Shown: one piece after another, positions 45,885-60,400 of the stretch
How positions within the stretch are numbered: the first letter of the stretch is position 1
Layout of the letters: each line of letters opens with the position of its first letter
Assembly (NCBI RefSeq): GCF_009914755.1
Contig: NC_060929.1
Source of the DNA: the human T2T-CHM13v2.0 reference genome, Homo sapiens
Direction: 5' to 3' (one strand)
Length of the DNA stretch: 64,000 nucleotides
The notes under the pieces: model-generated
Database searches by the model: none
What the model was told of the DNA's origin: nothing
The model's input: the letters and a program-made list of their open reading frames with translations, nothing else
Position numbers and translations under genes: made by a program

Positions 45885-46274
45885 TAGGGATATAAACCCT
45901 GAAAATATTTTGTTTTATTTTTAGTTTGCCTGGTGGTTATTTTGTTTCCCTTTAAGATTAATATGGTCAGGGACTTTTTGTCTTATTTGCTGTTTCTCTG
46001 TGCCCAAGATGAGCATGACATATTAATAAATATTTGTTGAATAAATGAATGAATGCTATCAGAGCATTATAGGTTTTATCTTAAATGGGTTTGGTTTTCA
46101 ATTGCTTTATTGTTGTTTTTAAATTTTAAATCATTGTTCCTTAAACTTACTATCAAATAATTGTGTTTTATAAGTTGTTTGTTTGCTTTAGCCTTCAGTA
46201 TGTAGTGATGCCTATTTGCATCAGTAGTATTTTTAGCCGATTCTTTTCCAATAACTAGATTTTAAAGCATATAG

Positions 46275-46530
46275 TATTAACAAGTGATATTTAATGAACA
46301 CTTACTTTGTTCCAGGGACCATTTCAAGTGCTTTTTATATATTTTAATTCATTTAATCCTCAGAACAATACTGTGAATTAAGTACTACCATTAACTACAT
46401 GTTTTAGATGAGAAAACTGAAGTACAGCAGTGAAGGGTTTAACAACTCGCCCAAGGCCATGCATCTAGTTAGTTTTGGAGCCAGGAACTCTGACTCTAGA
46501 ATATGCACTCCAAAATTTCACTGCTATATG
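46275..46530 (-). mobile_element. MIR
   Basis: catttaatcctcagaacaa...ttttagatgagaaaactgaag...ctcgcccaaggcca. Confidence 0.75.
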
Positions 46531-46549
46531 GTTCAAAAATAAATGACCC

Positions 46550-46685
46550 TGTTGGGAATATTCTAAAACAAGATTGTGGTGATGGTTGTACAACTCTGTA
46601 AATTAACTAAAAATCATTGAATTGCACACTTAAAATGGGTGAATTTTATGGTCTTAAATTATAATTTGATAAAGATGTTTAAAAA
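46550..46685 (+). mobile_element. L1MB/MC 3' terminus
   Basis: gtggtgatggttgtacaactctgtaaa...cattgaattgcacacttaaaatgggtgaattttatgg. Confidence 0.78.
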
Positions 46686-47593
46686 GTGGGTGATCTGTGT
46701 TCTTATTAAAATGGATTATAATGTTTTTCAATATTTCATGTGCAGTGGAACTTTTAGCCCTAGTTCTCTTGCCACTGGAATATGGGAGTGGGTGAAGTAG
46801 GTAATCTATGCCTTGCCTAAGTTGGCTAAGGACAGAAAAGTTTATATGTCACTGTTACGAGCTCTTTGGGGGTGAGAATTTTTTCTTCCTTACCTTTGGA
46901 TCTGTTGGTATGTAAACCATCCATAGCAGGGACTTGATAAGTATTTGTTGAATTAAATCTCAAGGGCTTTATTTACCTGCACTGTAGATACTTAAATTGT
47001 ATCCCCAGAAATCCTAGCTTTCATAGTCTAATTTTAAAATATAGACCTTGTGCAGTATACTTAAAAGGTGAAACATATACACTGCCTAGATGCATAGATA
47101 TTAACATATAGAAGGGAAAAATGTAGCTGGTGAAAACACTGTGTACAAAACTTTGTAGATTAATATGATTGCATATTGATCAAAGTTGCTTGAGGAAGCC
47201 AGAAGGAAAATTGAGTTCACATAAGTATTTACTTATAAAGATTTTTAAAGGTATTCTGAAAACATTGGAACTCACAGGTAAAGTTGGAAGAATTAAAATT
47301 TTCTGGTAAACATGGCAGAAATAGAAAACATATAAATATTTATGGATGTGTATTGACATTTAGGACAGAAAAAATGGAAACCAATCATGAACCAAAAACT
47401 TCAGTTTAAAATATATCCATAAGAGTTGCTGTTACAGAGTCAAATGTATAAATATAAGCAAGCAGTTAATATAATCTTATATTTTCATTATATTGAATAA
47501 GCAGATTCAATAGAAGGATGTAATTTCACTTTGTCACTATTTAGTGACTTGAATTTAGTCAAAATATAAAGGTCAAAATGATGTATTTATTAA

Positions 47594-47866
<273 letters not shown>

Positions 47867-47869
47867 GAC

Positions 47870-48210
47870 ATAGGGAAAAGTGAAGGAGGAAGTGGGAAAA
47901 GGTTGAGGTGGGTGGATATATCAGATCAAATAGGGCTGTTTTGGCTATGTAGAGTTTGGATACTCTTCTGAGGTTAATGAGAAACCATTACATGGATTTT
48001 AGGAGAGGAGAGGATTGGCATTATTCAAGTTACATTTTTAAAAGAATCATTCTGGCTGTTCTGCATGGAGAATAACTACAAGAAGAGAAAGGTGGAAGCA
48101 GGGTGACTGGTTAGGGGCTATTTTAGACATAAAGGTAAATTCCTGGACAAGGGTTTTAGTGGTGAAGGTAATGTTTGGATTCTGAAGATTTTTTGAAGCC
48201 AGAGCTAACA
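47870..48210 (-). mobile_element. L2 fragment
   Basis: ttacatttttaaaagaatcattctggctg...ggtggaagcagggtgactggttaggggcta. Confidence 0.65.
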
Positions 48211-49224
48211 AATGGATAATGTAAGGCTTATTTTTTACAGAATTTTAAATTATGCCTTTTTAAAAAAGAGTCAGGCAATGATATAAAATAGATAATTTAA
48301 TTTGGAAAATGATTTTATAAAACGTATTTGCTCATTCCGTGTCATGGTGCCTTATTTTTTAATGGTTAATGGGCTCTTTGAAAGTGAAGAATTTGGGTTG
48401 CATGAAATAGGGGAAGCATGTTTTGAATTTGTGTTATTCTAGCCAATTTTGATCAGTTAATTTTATTATTATCTGGTATCAATTGGCAATATGGAGTAAA
48501 TGCTCCCTAATTCTTAAAAAAAAAAAAAAACTTTTGACATATTACAAAGCACAATTAGTCCTCTGTGGTTATCTAGATGGGGCTATGTCATCTAAAATGT
48601 TCAGACTCTCTGCAGGATGACTATAGTCTCTAAAAAGCCTATATAAGGGATGCCTCTCTCTAGTAGAGATATTTCCTGAGCCATGTTTCTCAGCATCAGG
48701 ACAGCTATGATTTATTTTGTAAGTGGACAAGGCCAAACATTACTGTTTTAACTATTATAAACAAAATAGTAAATGTTAAATGTTCACTTAATAGAGCCTC
48801 TAGTAGGGCTTTTTATATACACAAAGTAAAGTCTGAGCCAAAAATGTGAAACAGTTCTCTGGTCTGTGTGCATTCTCTTTTAACCTACTCTTTGATTCAT
48901 TGCAACTGGAGAAGTGATGCAACCAGTGATGATTTGCACTCCAAAGCTCTTGGTGCTGCAGTGAGTCCTCCCTGTTTGGTTTTTTTTTTGTTTTGTTTTG
49001 TTTTTTCTTCTACTAATTACCCAAGCCATAGTAATTTATCAAATTTCTTAAAACTTTTCAGAAATGTTTATTATAATATGTTAGATCCAAAATAAAGAGC
49101 TTTGCAAGATTCTGTTAAACCTCATCCTTTTATAATATTTTTAAATATTTACCAGGTTTTTTTTTTTTTTTTTTTTTTAGCACAGATTCAAACCGGTAAT
49201 AGCAAAATGATACAAAACTGTCTT

Positions 49225-49328
49225 AAAAATGTGGAATGCTTCACAAATTTGCATGTCATTCTTGCACAGGGGCCATGGTAATCTTCTCTGTGTCATTCCA
49301 ATTTTAGTATATATGCTGCCGTGAACAC
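49225..49328 (-). pseudogene. Full-length U6 snRNA processed pseudogene (5' part of a chimeric retrocopy)
   Basis: Reverse complement aligns end to end with U6 (GTG..GGCAGCA.ATATACTAAAATTGGAA.GA.ACAGAGAAGATTA.CATGGCCCCTG.GCAAG.ATGAC..GCAAATT.GTGAAGC.TTCCA.ATTTTT), with CpG decay and a 3-nt deletion; flanked by TSD aatatttaccag. Confidence 0.95.
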
Positions 49329-49699
49329 AATATTTACCAGTCTTGTTCTTTATCATTTTTTATGGTTCTTAGCTTTAGCCAACAAAGTAATGCAAGGATC
49401 AAATCTTAATTCAGATATAATTTTAAAGATACTTCCCCAATTTTTTATAGTTAATTACAGAAAGAACTATTCTCATTGAGTGGTGTTTTCACTGAGTAAT
49501 CTGTTTTTTGTTTGTTTTGTTTTTTGCCGCTTTGTTGTTCTTTGCCATCAAGGTTTTGACCTGGGTGGTAAACACTGATGCTGCATTGATGCTCATGGGG
49601 CAGGGCGCTAAAGAGCAAATCACTCCATTTTTCAGGTAGTAACCCTGTTTTATTCTGAAAAACAGTTTTTATATGCTCTCTATTTGAAAATGTAGCAGA

Positions 49700-49972
49700 A
49701 AAGACCTATTATACTTGTCTTGTAAAGCTGTATTTTTTAATCACAGAAAATTACATTTTATATTGTGACTGACTATACACATATCTTTGCATGGACACAC
49801 AGGCATATATGAAACTGAAAAAGGAGTTAACCATAGCAATTCCTATTGCAGTGTGCACTCCATTTTTTTTTGTATCCCGATTTGTTCCGTGTTTAAAGTA
49901 CTGATCATAACCTATTAAATTGTTTTTATGACCCACTAATGAGTTAGAATCCAGAGTTTGAAAAAACACTTC
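49700..49972. mobile_element. hAT-Charlie DNA transposon fragment
   Basis: Terminal motif atgacccactaatgagtt...cagagtttgaaaaaacact. Confidence 0.5.
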
Positions 49973-50529
49973 TAAAGCATGCCTCAAATATAATTTGATC
50001 TTTTCAGAGGCCTTGTGAGATAGGCAAGGCTAATATTAACCCTTTTCAAACATAGCTAAAGCCTACACTTTGAAAACAGAAGTTGGACTAAAGAAATGAA
50101 AACAGAAAAAATGGTTTGGGGTGTTGAATGAGCAGAGGTCATCATGAACACAGTGTACACTTGAATGGTGATGGAGAGGAAGAGGGGCTGCAGAGATTTA
50201 GAACAGGAAGCAGATGGATGTACAAGATATTTTGTTTGCCTCAGGATTTTTGCCTAAGCCCTTGAAGACATCTGGTATGCCACTAGAAATCACCTGAAGC
50301 TAAAATTTACCAGATTGTTGGTATCTTGAAAAGCTACCAAAATTAGTTTGCAAGGCTCTACCCATCAGCTTCTTACAGTCTGCCTCTAGAAATCTCATCT
50401 ATACCAATCCAGTCCAATTTCTCGAGGTAAGTCTGTTTCCCAAAATTCACTTATTTGCATACTACTTTTATAATTCTTGTCATATGTATACATCACCATA
50501 TTGTTTTTTAAATTGTTAGAAATGATTTT

Positions 50530-50725
50530 ATTTAAATATTCCAAATAATTAAAAAATTTGAGATTAACTTCAGACAACGTAACATTAATCATTTAAAGCA
50601 TACAGTCATTGATATTTAGTGTATTCACAGTGTTGCAACCACCAATTCTCTAGTTTCAAAAGTGTTTCATCACCCGATAAAGACACCCCATACCTATTAA
50701 GTAATCATTCCTCATTCTCCCATTT
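50530..50725 (-). mobile_element. L1M 3' end fragment
   Basis: tttagtgtattcacagtgttgcaaccacca...tttcatcacccgataaagacacccca. Confidence 0.7.
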
Positions 50726-50741
50726 ATAAAAGACACATTCT

Positions 50742-52146
<1,405 letters not shown>

Positions 52147-52929
52147 GAAACATTCTAACCTGTCAAAAATGTAAAAAACCAATGTGATTCTAAATAGAAT
52201 ATAGCAAATTCTGAAAATAAAATAAAACAATCATTAGCCAGATACTAGCTAGATACTGTTATCTACCAAGTCTCTGTGTCTTAGATTCTTCCATGTTAAA
52301 AAGGGATATAGGCAAAAGTTATGGCGGTATTAAAGACCAATCAATGCTAAATCAAGACTTTCTGCTTGGTATAACTGAAAGAATTGAAGGAAATTTCAAA
52401 AATATACCTTTCTCACTATGAGATTCACTGCTATTTAATGTTATTTCCTTTACCATCTAAAATTTGTCTTGATACAGCTGAATTCATCCTTTTCTTCACT
52501 TTACTATTAAAGGGGTTGTATATTATTCCCAGAGTCCTTTATAACTGAATTCCTGGAATTCAGGGAGTGTGTTCTAAATATTGGTGATTGCAGTTTTCAT
52601 TATTATCCTCAAACATATAAAATCCATTATTCACCAAGTAGTAAACTAGATGCTTTCAGAGTTTTAAAGAAAAGATACAGATACTACTTCCAAATAATAT
52701 AAATCTTTGTTGTGAAAATCAATTTATGCACAATTAACACTTAGAATATAAAGCTGATAATAGTAAATAGACAAGTAGATTTTATTCTAAAAGTTATCTG
52801 GTTTAAATTATTTGGAACTTTTATACTATTTCATAGAGCTCAAGTTAATACCAGCTATTATGAGTATTCCAGATTAGCACAATATGGCTTATCTTCTTAT
52901 GATCTTCTTTAAGTTCTCCAGGGGTGGTT

Positions 52930-53090
52930 CTGGTATGATAAAAATAGTACTTTGCATCACAAACTTCAGTTTCCTCATCTGAACAATAAACTTCATCTCT
53001 ACCTAGTTATAGAGTTCAAATAAGATAAACTGTGTAAGTACACAGCACAGTCCCTGGTACTTTGTTGAAGGTCAATAAAGTATACATTTA
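52930..53090 (+). mobile_element. MIR fragment
   Basis: cttcagtttcctcatctg...aaataagataa..tgtgtaagtacacagcacagtccctggtac. Confidence 0.65.
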
Positions 53091-53795
53091 TTTATTCAGT
53101 TACTCATATTTGTAGCCATTTAAAAATTTTTTAATTGACAAGTAATAATTATACATATCCATGGCATACATAGTGACGAATTGATCCTTTCCTTCACTTC
53201 ACTGTTACGTTTTATTTGATACATATAATGTATAGTGATCAAATCAGGGTAAGTAACATTCATCATCTCAAACATTTATTATTTCTTTGTGTTGGGAATT
53301 TTCAGTATCATCATTCCAGCTATTTGAAAGTATATAATATTTATTGTTAACTATAGTCATTCTGATGTGGTACAGAACACTAGAACTTATTTCTCCTGTC
53401 TAGCTATAATTTTGTTTATCTGTTAACAAATCTCTTTCTAACCCTCCCTTCCCTCTACCCTTCTCAGCCTCTAGTATTCTCTGTTTTACTTTTTACTTCT
53501 ATGAGATCAACTGTTTTTCTCTCACATGAGTGAGAACATGTGGAGTTTAACTTTCTGTTCGCAGCTTATTTCACTTACCTTCCACTTCAATCCATGTTAC
53601 TGTGAATGGCAGGATTTCATTCTCTTTTATGACCGAGTAGTATTCCGTAGTGCATATATATATCACATTTAATTTATCTATTTATTATTGGATACCTAGG
53701 TTGATTCCATATTTTGGCTGTTGTGAATAGGGCAGCAGTACACATGGAAATACAGGTATCTTTTTGACACACTGATTTTCTTTCCTTTGGATACC

Positions 53796-54434
53796 GTAGG
53801 GGATAAGGGAGAGCTTTCCCTTGGTCCCCTGATGTTTTGCTGAAAAATCAACTCATAAAAGGCAGATTAATTAGAGAAAAGGCATACAGATTTATTTATC
53901 ATGTATATATGGGAGCCTTCGGAATGAAGATCAAAAGATACAGGGGAAATTGTCCATTTTTATGCTGAGGTTCAACAAAGTATGGACAGTCATGTAGAAA
54001 TATGATTGGACAAAAAGGGGTGATCTAATACTAATAGACTGGGGAAACTCAGGAGGGTCATCTGTTTAGATTCTTTTTGGGTTCTCTGAGTACGCATTCC
54101 TTCCTTCCGGGTATGGGACAAGACCCTCTCTAGAGTGGGACTGTTATAACCTACAGACAAACAATGTAGGTCAGATAATTCCTTTGTGGTCAGTTTTTAC
54201 ACTGAAAGCCAGAGGGAAAATTAGAATAATATTTATAGGATTTATGACTAGCTTTGAGGAATAGGGGTTCTGGTTTCTACGACCCACCTTGGGGACCAGG
54301 GCTTCTAGTTTCTATGGCTAGCTTCTGGGGAGAATGGGACAGAGAGACAGGAGGGCAGGAGAAAGAGAAAAATGTTTGCTTCAGAGGCTGCTTCTGAGGC
54401 TTTCATTTTGGGATATTGTTTTCTGAGCCCTAAA
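53796..54434 (-). mobile_element. MER39-like ERV1 solo LTR
   Basis: Minus strand begins gggctcagaaaacaatatcccaaaatgaaagcctcagaagcagcctctgaagcaaa. Confidence 0.72.
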
Positions 54435-54757
54435 AAATGTATACTTAGTAGTAGCCTTGCTGGATCATGTGGTAGTTCCATTTGTAGTTTTTTGAGGAAC
54501 TGTTCTCCATAATGGCTATACAAATTTACGTTCCCACCAATAGTGTATGAGTTCCCTTTTCTCCACATCCTTGTCAGCATTTGTTATTATTTTTTTCTTT
54601 TTGATAATAGTTATTCTAACTGGAATGAGATGTTATCTAGTTATAGTTTTGATTTGCACTTCCCTGATGGTTAGTGGTGTTCATGAGTATTTTTTCTTAT
54701 ACATGTTGACCATATGTATGTCGTCTTCTATCTGTTCAGATCATTTGCCCATATTTT

Positions 54758-55073
<316 letters not shown>

Positions 55074-56345
55074 TGCCCATATTTTAATTGGATTTGTTTT
55101 TGTTTGTTTTTCTGTTCTTTGTATATTCTGGATATTAATCCCCTATTAGATGAGTAGTTCATTACTCATGTATAAAAAGGCTACTGATTTTTGTATATTA
55201 ATTTTGTACCCTACAAATTTACTGAATTCTGTTATCGGTTCTAAGAGAGTTTTTTTTTTTTTTTGTAGTAAAGTCGGTATGTTTTTCCATATATAAGATC
55301 ATGTCATCTGCAAACAGGGACATTTTGACTTCTCCCTTTCCGATTTGGATGCCTTTTATATATCTGTTGCCTAATTGCTCTGGTTAGGACTTCCATTAGT
55401 ATGTTGAATAAGAATACTGAGATTGGGAGTCTTTGTCTTGTTCTAGTTCTTAGCTGAAAGCTTTTTATTGTTCATAAGATGTCATTTGTGGGTTTGCCAT
55501 ATTTGGCCATTATTATGTTTAGGTATATTCCTTCTATACTTAATTTATTAAGAGTTTTTATCATGAAACGATGTTGAATTTTATCAAAAGCTATTTCTAC
55601 ATCTATTGAGATCATCTTGTGGTTTTCATCCTTCTTTCTGTTGATGTGTGTGATGTTTATTGATTTGTATATGTTGAGACATCCTTGCATTCCTGAGATA
55701 AATCCCACTTGATTATGATGTATCCTCTTACTGATGTGTTGTTAGAACTCAGCTTGTTAGTATTTTGGTGAAGATTTTTGCAACAGTGTTCATCAGGGAT
55801 ACTGGCTGTAGTTTTCCGCTTGTTGTCGTTGTTGTATCCTTATCTAGTTTTGGTATCAGGGTTCTGCTGGCCTTGTAGAATGAATTAGGAAGAATTCCCT
55901 CCTCTTTTATTTTCTGGGATAGTTTGGAAAGAATTGGTATTAATTCTTCTTTAAAGGTTTGGTAGAATTCAGCAGTAAAGCCGTCTGGTTTTGGACTTTT
56001 TTGTTGTTGAAAGACCTTTTACTACTGATTCTCTCTCATGACTTGTAATTGGTCTATTTGTGTTTTCTTTTCCTTCTGGGTTCAATCTTTATAGGTTGTA
56101 TGTGTCCAGGAATTTATTCATTTCCTTTAAATTTTCAAATTTATTGGCATATTGTTGTTCATAGTACTCTCTAATGATCCTTTATATTTCTATGGTGTCC
56201 ATTGTGACATATCCTCTTCCGTTTATGATTTTTTCAAATTTGAGTCTCTTTTTTTCTTTTTTTCTGAGTTTCACTAACGTTTTGTTGATTTTGTTTATCT
56301 TCTCAAAGAACTAACTTTCTGTTTGATCTTTTGTGTATTTTTTAG

Positions 56346-56653
56346 TCTTTTTCTTTAGGGTCTCACTCTGTTGCCCAGGCTGGAGTGCAGTGGCTTGATC
56401 TTGGCTTATTGCAGCCTCAGCTTCCTGAGCTCAGGTGATCATCCTGCCTCTGCCACCTGAGTAGCTGGGACTACAGGTATGTGCCACCATGCCTGGCTAA
56501 TTTCTGTATTTTTCTGTAGAGATGAAGTTTCACCGTGTTTCCCAGGAAACTTGAGAACGTTTCCATAGTTCTCAAACGTGTGGGCTCAAATGATCCTCCA
56601 ACCTTGGCCTCCCAAAATGCTGGGATTACAGGCATGAGCTACCATGCCAGGCC
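56346..56653 (-). mobile_element. AluJb-like with a complex micro-insertion
   Basis: Antisense AluJ; non-Alu inverted-repeat patch at 56545-56567. Confidence 0.87.
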
Positions 56654-57186
56654 TCAGTCTCAATTTTGTTTATTTATGCTCTGATTGTTTTTATTTCTTT
56701 TACTAATTTGGGGTTTGTTTGTTTTTTTTCTTCATTTTCTAGTTCTTTGAGGTGCATTGTTAGGTTTTTTATTTGAAATCTTTTTATTTTTTGGCATAGG
56801 CATGTATTACTATAAACTTGCCTCTTAATACTGCTTTTGCTGTGTGCCATAAGCTTTGGTACATCGTGTTTCTATTTCCATTTGTTTCAAGAAATTTTAA
56901 AATTTCATTCTTAATTTTGAGTTTAACCTGTTGGTTGTTTAGAAGCATTTTGTTTAGTTTCCATGTGTTGGTATAGTTTTGAATGTTCCTCTTGTTATGT
57001 CTAGTTTTATTTCATTGTGGCAAGATAAGATGCGTCATATCTTGATTTTTAAAAATTTATTGAGACTTGTTTTGTGCCCTAACATATGGTCAGTCCTGGA
57101 GAGTGTTCCATGTGCTGCTGAAAAGAATGAAGTTGTTAGGTGAAATATTCTGTAAATGTCTTTTAGGTCTGTGGTACAGTTTGTGT

Positions 57187-57467
57187 AGAAACAAGTTCTC
57201 ACCCTGTCACCTTGGCTGGAGTGCAGTGGCGTGATCATAGTTCACTGCAGCCTTGAATTCCTGGGCTCAAACGATACTCCTTCCTCAGCCTCCTTAGTAG
57301 CTAGGACTATAGGCACATGACATCACAGCCAGCTTATTTTTTATTTTTTGTAGAGACAGAGTTTCACTACGTTGCCCAGGGTTGTCTCAAATTCCTGGCC
57401 TCAAGTGATCCTCTGCCTTGGCCTCTCAAAGTGTTGGGTTTACAGGCATAAGCCTCCATTTCCGGCC
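57187..57467 (-). mobile_element. AluJ
   Basis: gatcatagttcactgcagccttgaattcctgggctcaa. Confidence 0.87.
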
Positions 57468-60400
57468 TGTGGTGCAGTTTAAATCTATGTTCCTTTGTTG
57501 ATTTTCTGCCTACATGACCTTTCCAGTGCTGAGAGTGGGGTGAAATTCCCTACTACATATTGAAGTGTTCCCCACTATGTATTGAAGCCCATTTCTCCCT
57601 TTAGATCTAATAATGTTTGCTTTATATATCTGGGTGCTCCTGTGTTGGATGCAAATATATTTACAATTGTTATATTCTCTTGCTGAATTGATCCTTTTAT
57701 TATTATATAACGTACTTTTTTGTCACTTTATAGCTTTTAACTTGAAGTCTATTTTGTCTGACATAAGCATAGCTACTCCTGCTCACTTGATTTTCATGTG
57801 CATGTAATACTTTCAGTTTAAGTGTGTCTTTATAGCTGAGGTGAGATTCTTATAGGCAGAATATGTTTGGGTCTTGTTTTTTCATTCATTCAAATAGTGT
57901 ATATGTTTTAAATGGGGGAATTTAATCCACTTACATTCAAGATTATTGATAGGTGAGGACTTACTCCTTTCATTTTGTTGATTTTCTGGTTATTTTGCAT
58001 ATCCTTTGTTCCTTATTCCCTTACTTATCATTTTTATGGTTAGGTGGTTTTCTCTAGTGGTAAGGATTGATTATTTTCTCTTCTTACTTTTGTATCAGCT
58101 CTACCAGTGAGTTTTATAGTTATACATGTTTTCATGATGGTAGCTGTTGTCTTTTCACTTCCAGATGTAAGACTCCCTTGAGCATGTCTTGTAAGACTGT
58201 TCTAGTGGTGATAAATTCCTTTAGTTTTTGCTTCTCTATTGGGAGATTTTATTTCTCCTTCATTTCTGAAGGATAGCTTTGCAGGGTATAATATTTTTAG
58301 CTAGCAGGGTTTCCCCACCCCTGCTTTCAGTACTTTGAATATATCATCCCATTCTCTCCTGGCCTGTAAGCTTTCTGCTGAGATATCTGCTGTTAGCCTA
58401 ATGGAGATTCCCTTATTTATGACTTGACTCTTTTCTCTTGAATGCTTTTGGAATTCTTTGTCTTTTACTTATTACAATTTGACTATGTTGGGCTCCAGAG
58501 AGGACCTGTTTGGGTTGAATCTGTTTGGGGTTCTTTGAGCTCCCTGGACCTAAATGCTCATCTCTCTCCCAAGACTCAGGAAATTTTCTGCTATTATTTC
58601 ATTAAATATGATTTCCTCACCTTTACCCTTCTTTTTTCCATCTGGAATGCCCATAGTATGAATATTTGCTTGCTTAATGATATCTCATAAATCCTTTAGG
58701 CTTTCCTTATTCTTTTTAATTCATTTTTGCCACTGCTTGTGTTATTTCAAAAGATCTATCTTCAAGTTCAGAAATTTTTTCCTCCATTTGGTATAGTCTG
58801 TTGTTGAAGCTGTCAATTATATTTTCTATTTCATTCATTTAATTCTCAGCTCTAGGATTTCTTTTTGGTTCTTTTTTATGATAATCCACCTCTTTCTTGA
58901 ATTTATTACTTATATCATAAGTTGTTTTCCTGATTTTGTTGAATTGTTTATCTGTATTCTCTTGTATCTCACTCAGTTTCCTTAAGATTATTATTTTGAA
59001 TTCTTTTTCTGGCATTGCATGTATTATGATTGTGGTCTGTTACTAGAGAATTATGTTTCTCTTTGGAAGTGACATGCTTCCTCGCTTTTTCATTATTCTG
59101 TGTCTCTGTATTAATTTCTGTGAATCTGGTGGTCGCCTCTTCCAATTTTATTCACTAGGTGTCACAAGGAAAGACTTACTCATATAAATGGATCTTGGGT
59201 TGTTGATTTGATGGAGTGCATTGGCTTTGGATCTAGGTGGACACAGTAGTGTAGTTGTCATAAAATTTCTTCAACCGTAATCCATACTGGGGGCATTTGA
59301 GAGTTTCTCAGTGGCCTAGGCTGAGAGAGTTTGTGGTGACAGTAGTGCAGCTTTGCCAGGCTTGGGCTAACTGGGCTATCTCTTAGGTTGGGCATTTGTT
59401 CATGCACACAGTGGGTCAGGCAGCTTGGAGTCTGGCTCACTGGGGTTGTAGCCACAGGGATGTTACTCTAGCCAGGAGCACAGGCATGCTTGTAGTTGCT
59501 TGGCTAGACTAAGGCATGTCTGCTGGGGATGGCTCATAGGGCTGTTTCTCAGCCATGTATTTAGGCTCATGGCTGCTTCAACAGTCTGCAATGTTTCCAC
59601 CAGGGGTGGCCTACAGCATTGTTTCTCAGACCCTTGTTGAGGATGTGAGGGGGTTGGGCAGGACATGTCTTGGGAGGGAAGAGGGCACTGTGTTTCTGAA
59701 TCCCTGAGTGTGGGCACTTAGCCACTCCACTGGCCCAGGGCTATGTCAGCTGCTTGCAGACTTGTAGGCCTCTCCCACCTGGCAGAGGGCATGCAGTGGT
59801 TTGGCTAGCCCAAGGATGGATTTGTCCTAGGCAGGACTGGTAGGCTTTTAGTGCAATTGGGAGTGTGGCCCCAGGAGTTGGTTACCTGCTGTGTAGGACC
59901 ATAGTCACAGCCAATCCTGGGCCCATACTCTGCACAGCTGGGATTGTGACATTCATATATAATGTATGGACTTGGCATAATCAATATGAAACCCCAGTGC
60001 TGGAGAAGTGCAGTAGGGCTACTGGCTCCCTGAGCAAGGAGCATTCCAGAGGTGCCTCAGGTAACAAGATGGCACTCTGCTGCAGTAGCTTGTCTCACAG
60101 GGGAGAGGGTGCACCTTGTGCTCCTAATCTGGAGCAGTGAAACTGCATGAATTCCTGGCATTTCTCCAGATGGAGCTGAGAGCTTGTAAGGACCATGGGA
60201 TTCTTCTGTTTGAAGGACTGTAGGCATTTGTGGTGGCAATGGGGGTTGGTGGTGATATTCTGCTTACCTTTTTCCCATGATGGAAAGTTCCCTCCGACGC
60301 CAGGCAGATCTGATCCAGGTCGGGGAGATGGGGTTATAGAGGCTATGTGCTTCCATGCTGCCCTCCTGTCATTACAGATGCATCTTCACTCCCTTGCCAC

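Noticed and set aside
49225-49328. Functional U6 gene
   Set aside because: Many substitutions, a deletion in the 5' stem, TSD and poly(A) hallmarks, and no recognisable upstream TATA/PSE.
49625-49642. ttttcAG|GTagt as a recursive splice site
   Set aside because: The reconstituted donor (GTAGTA) is weak.
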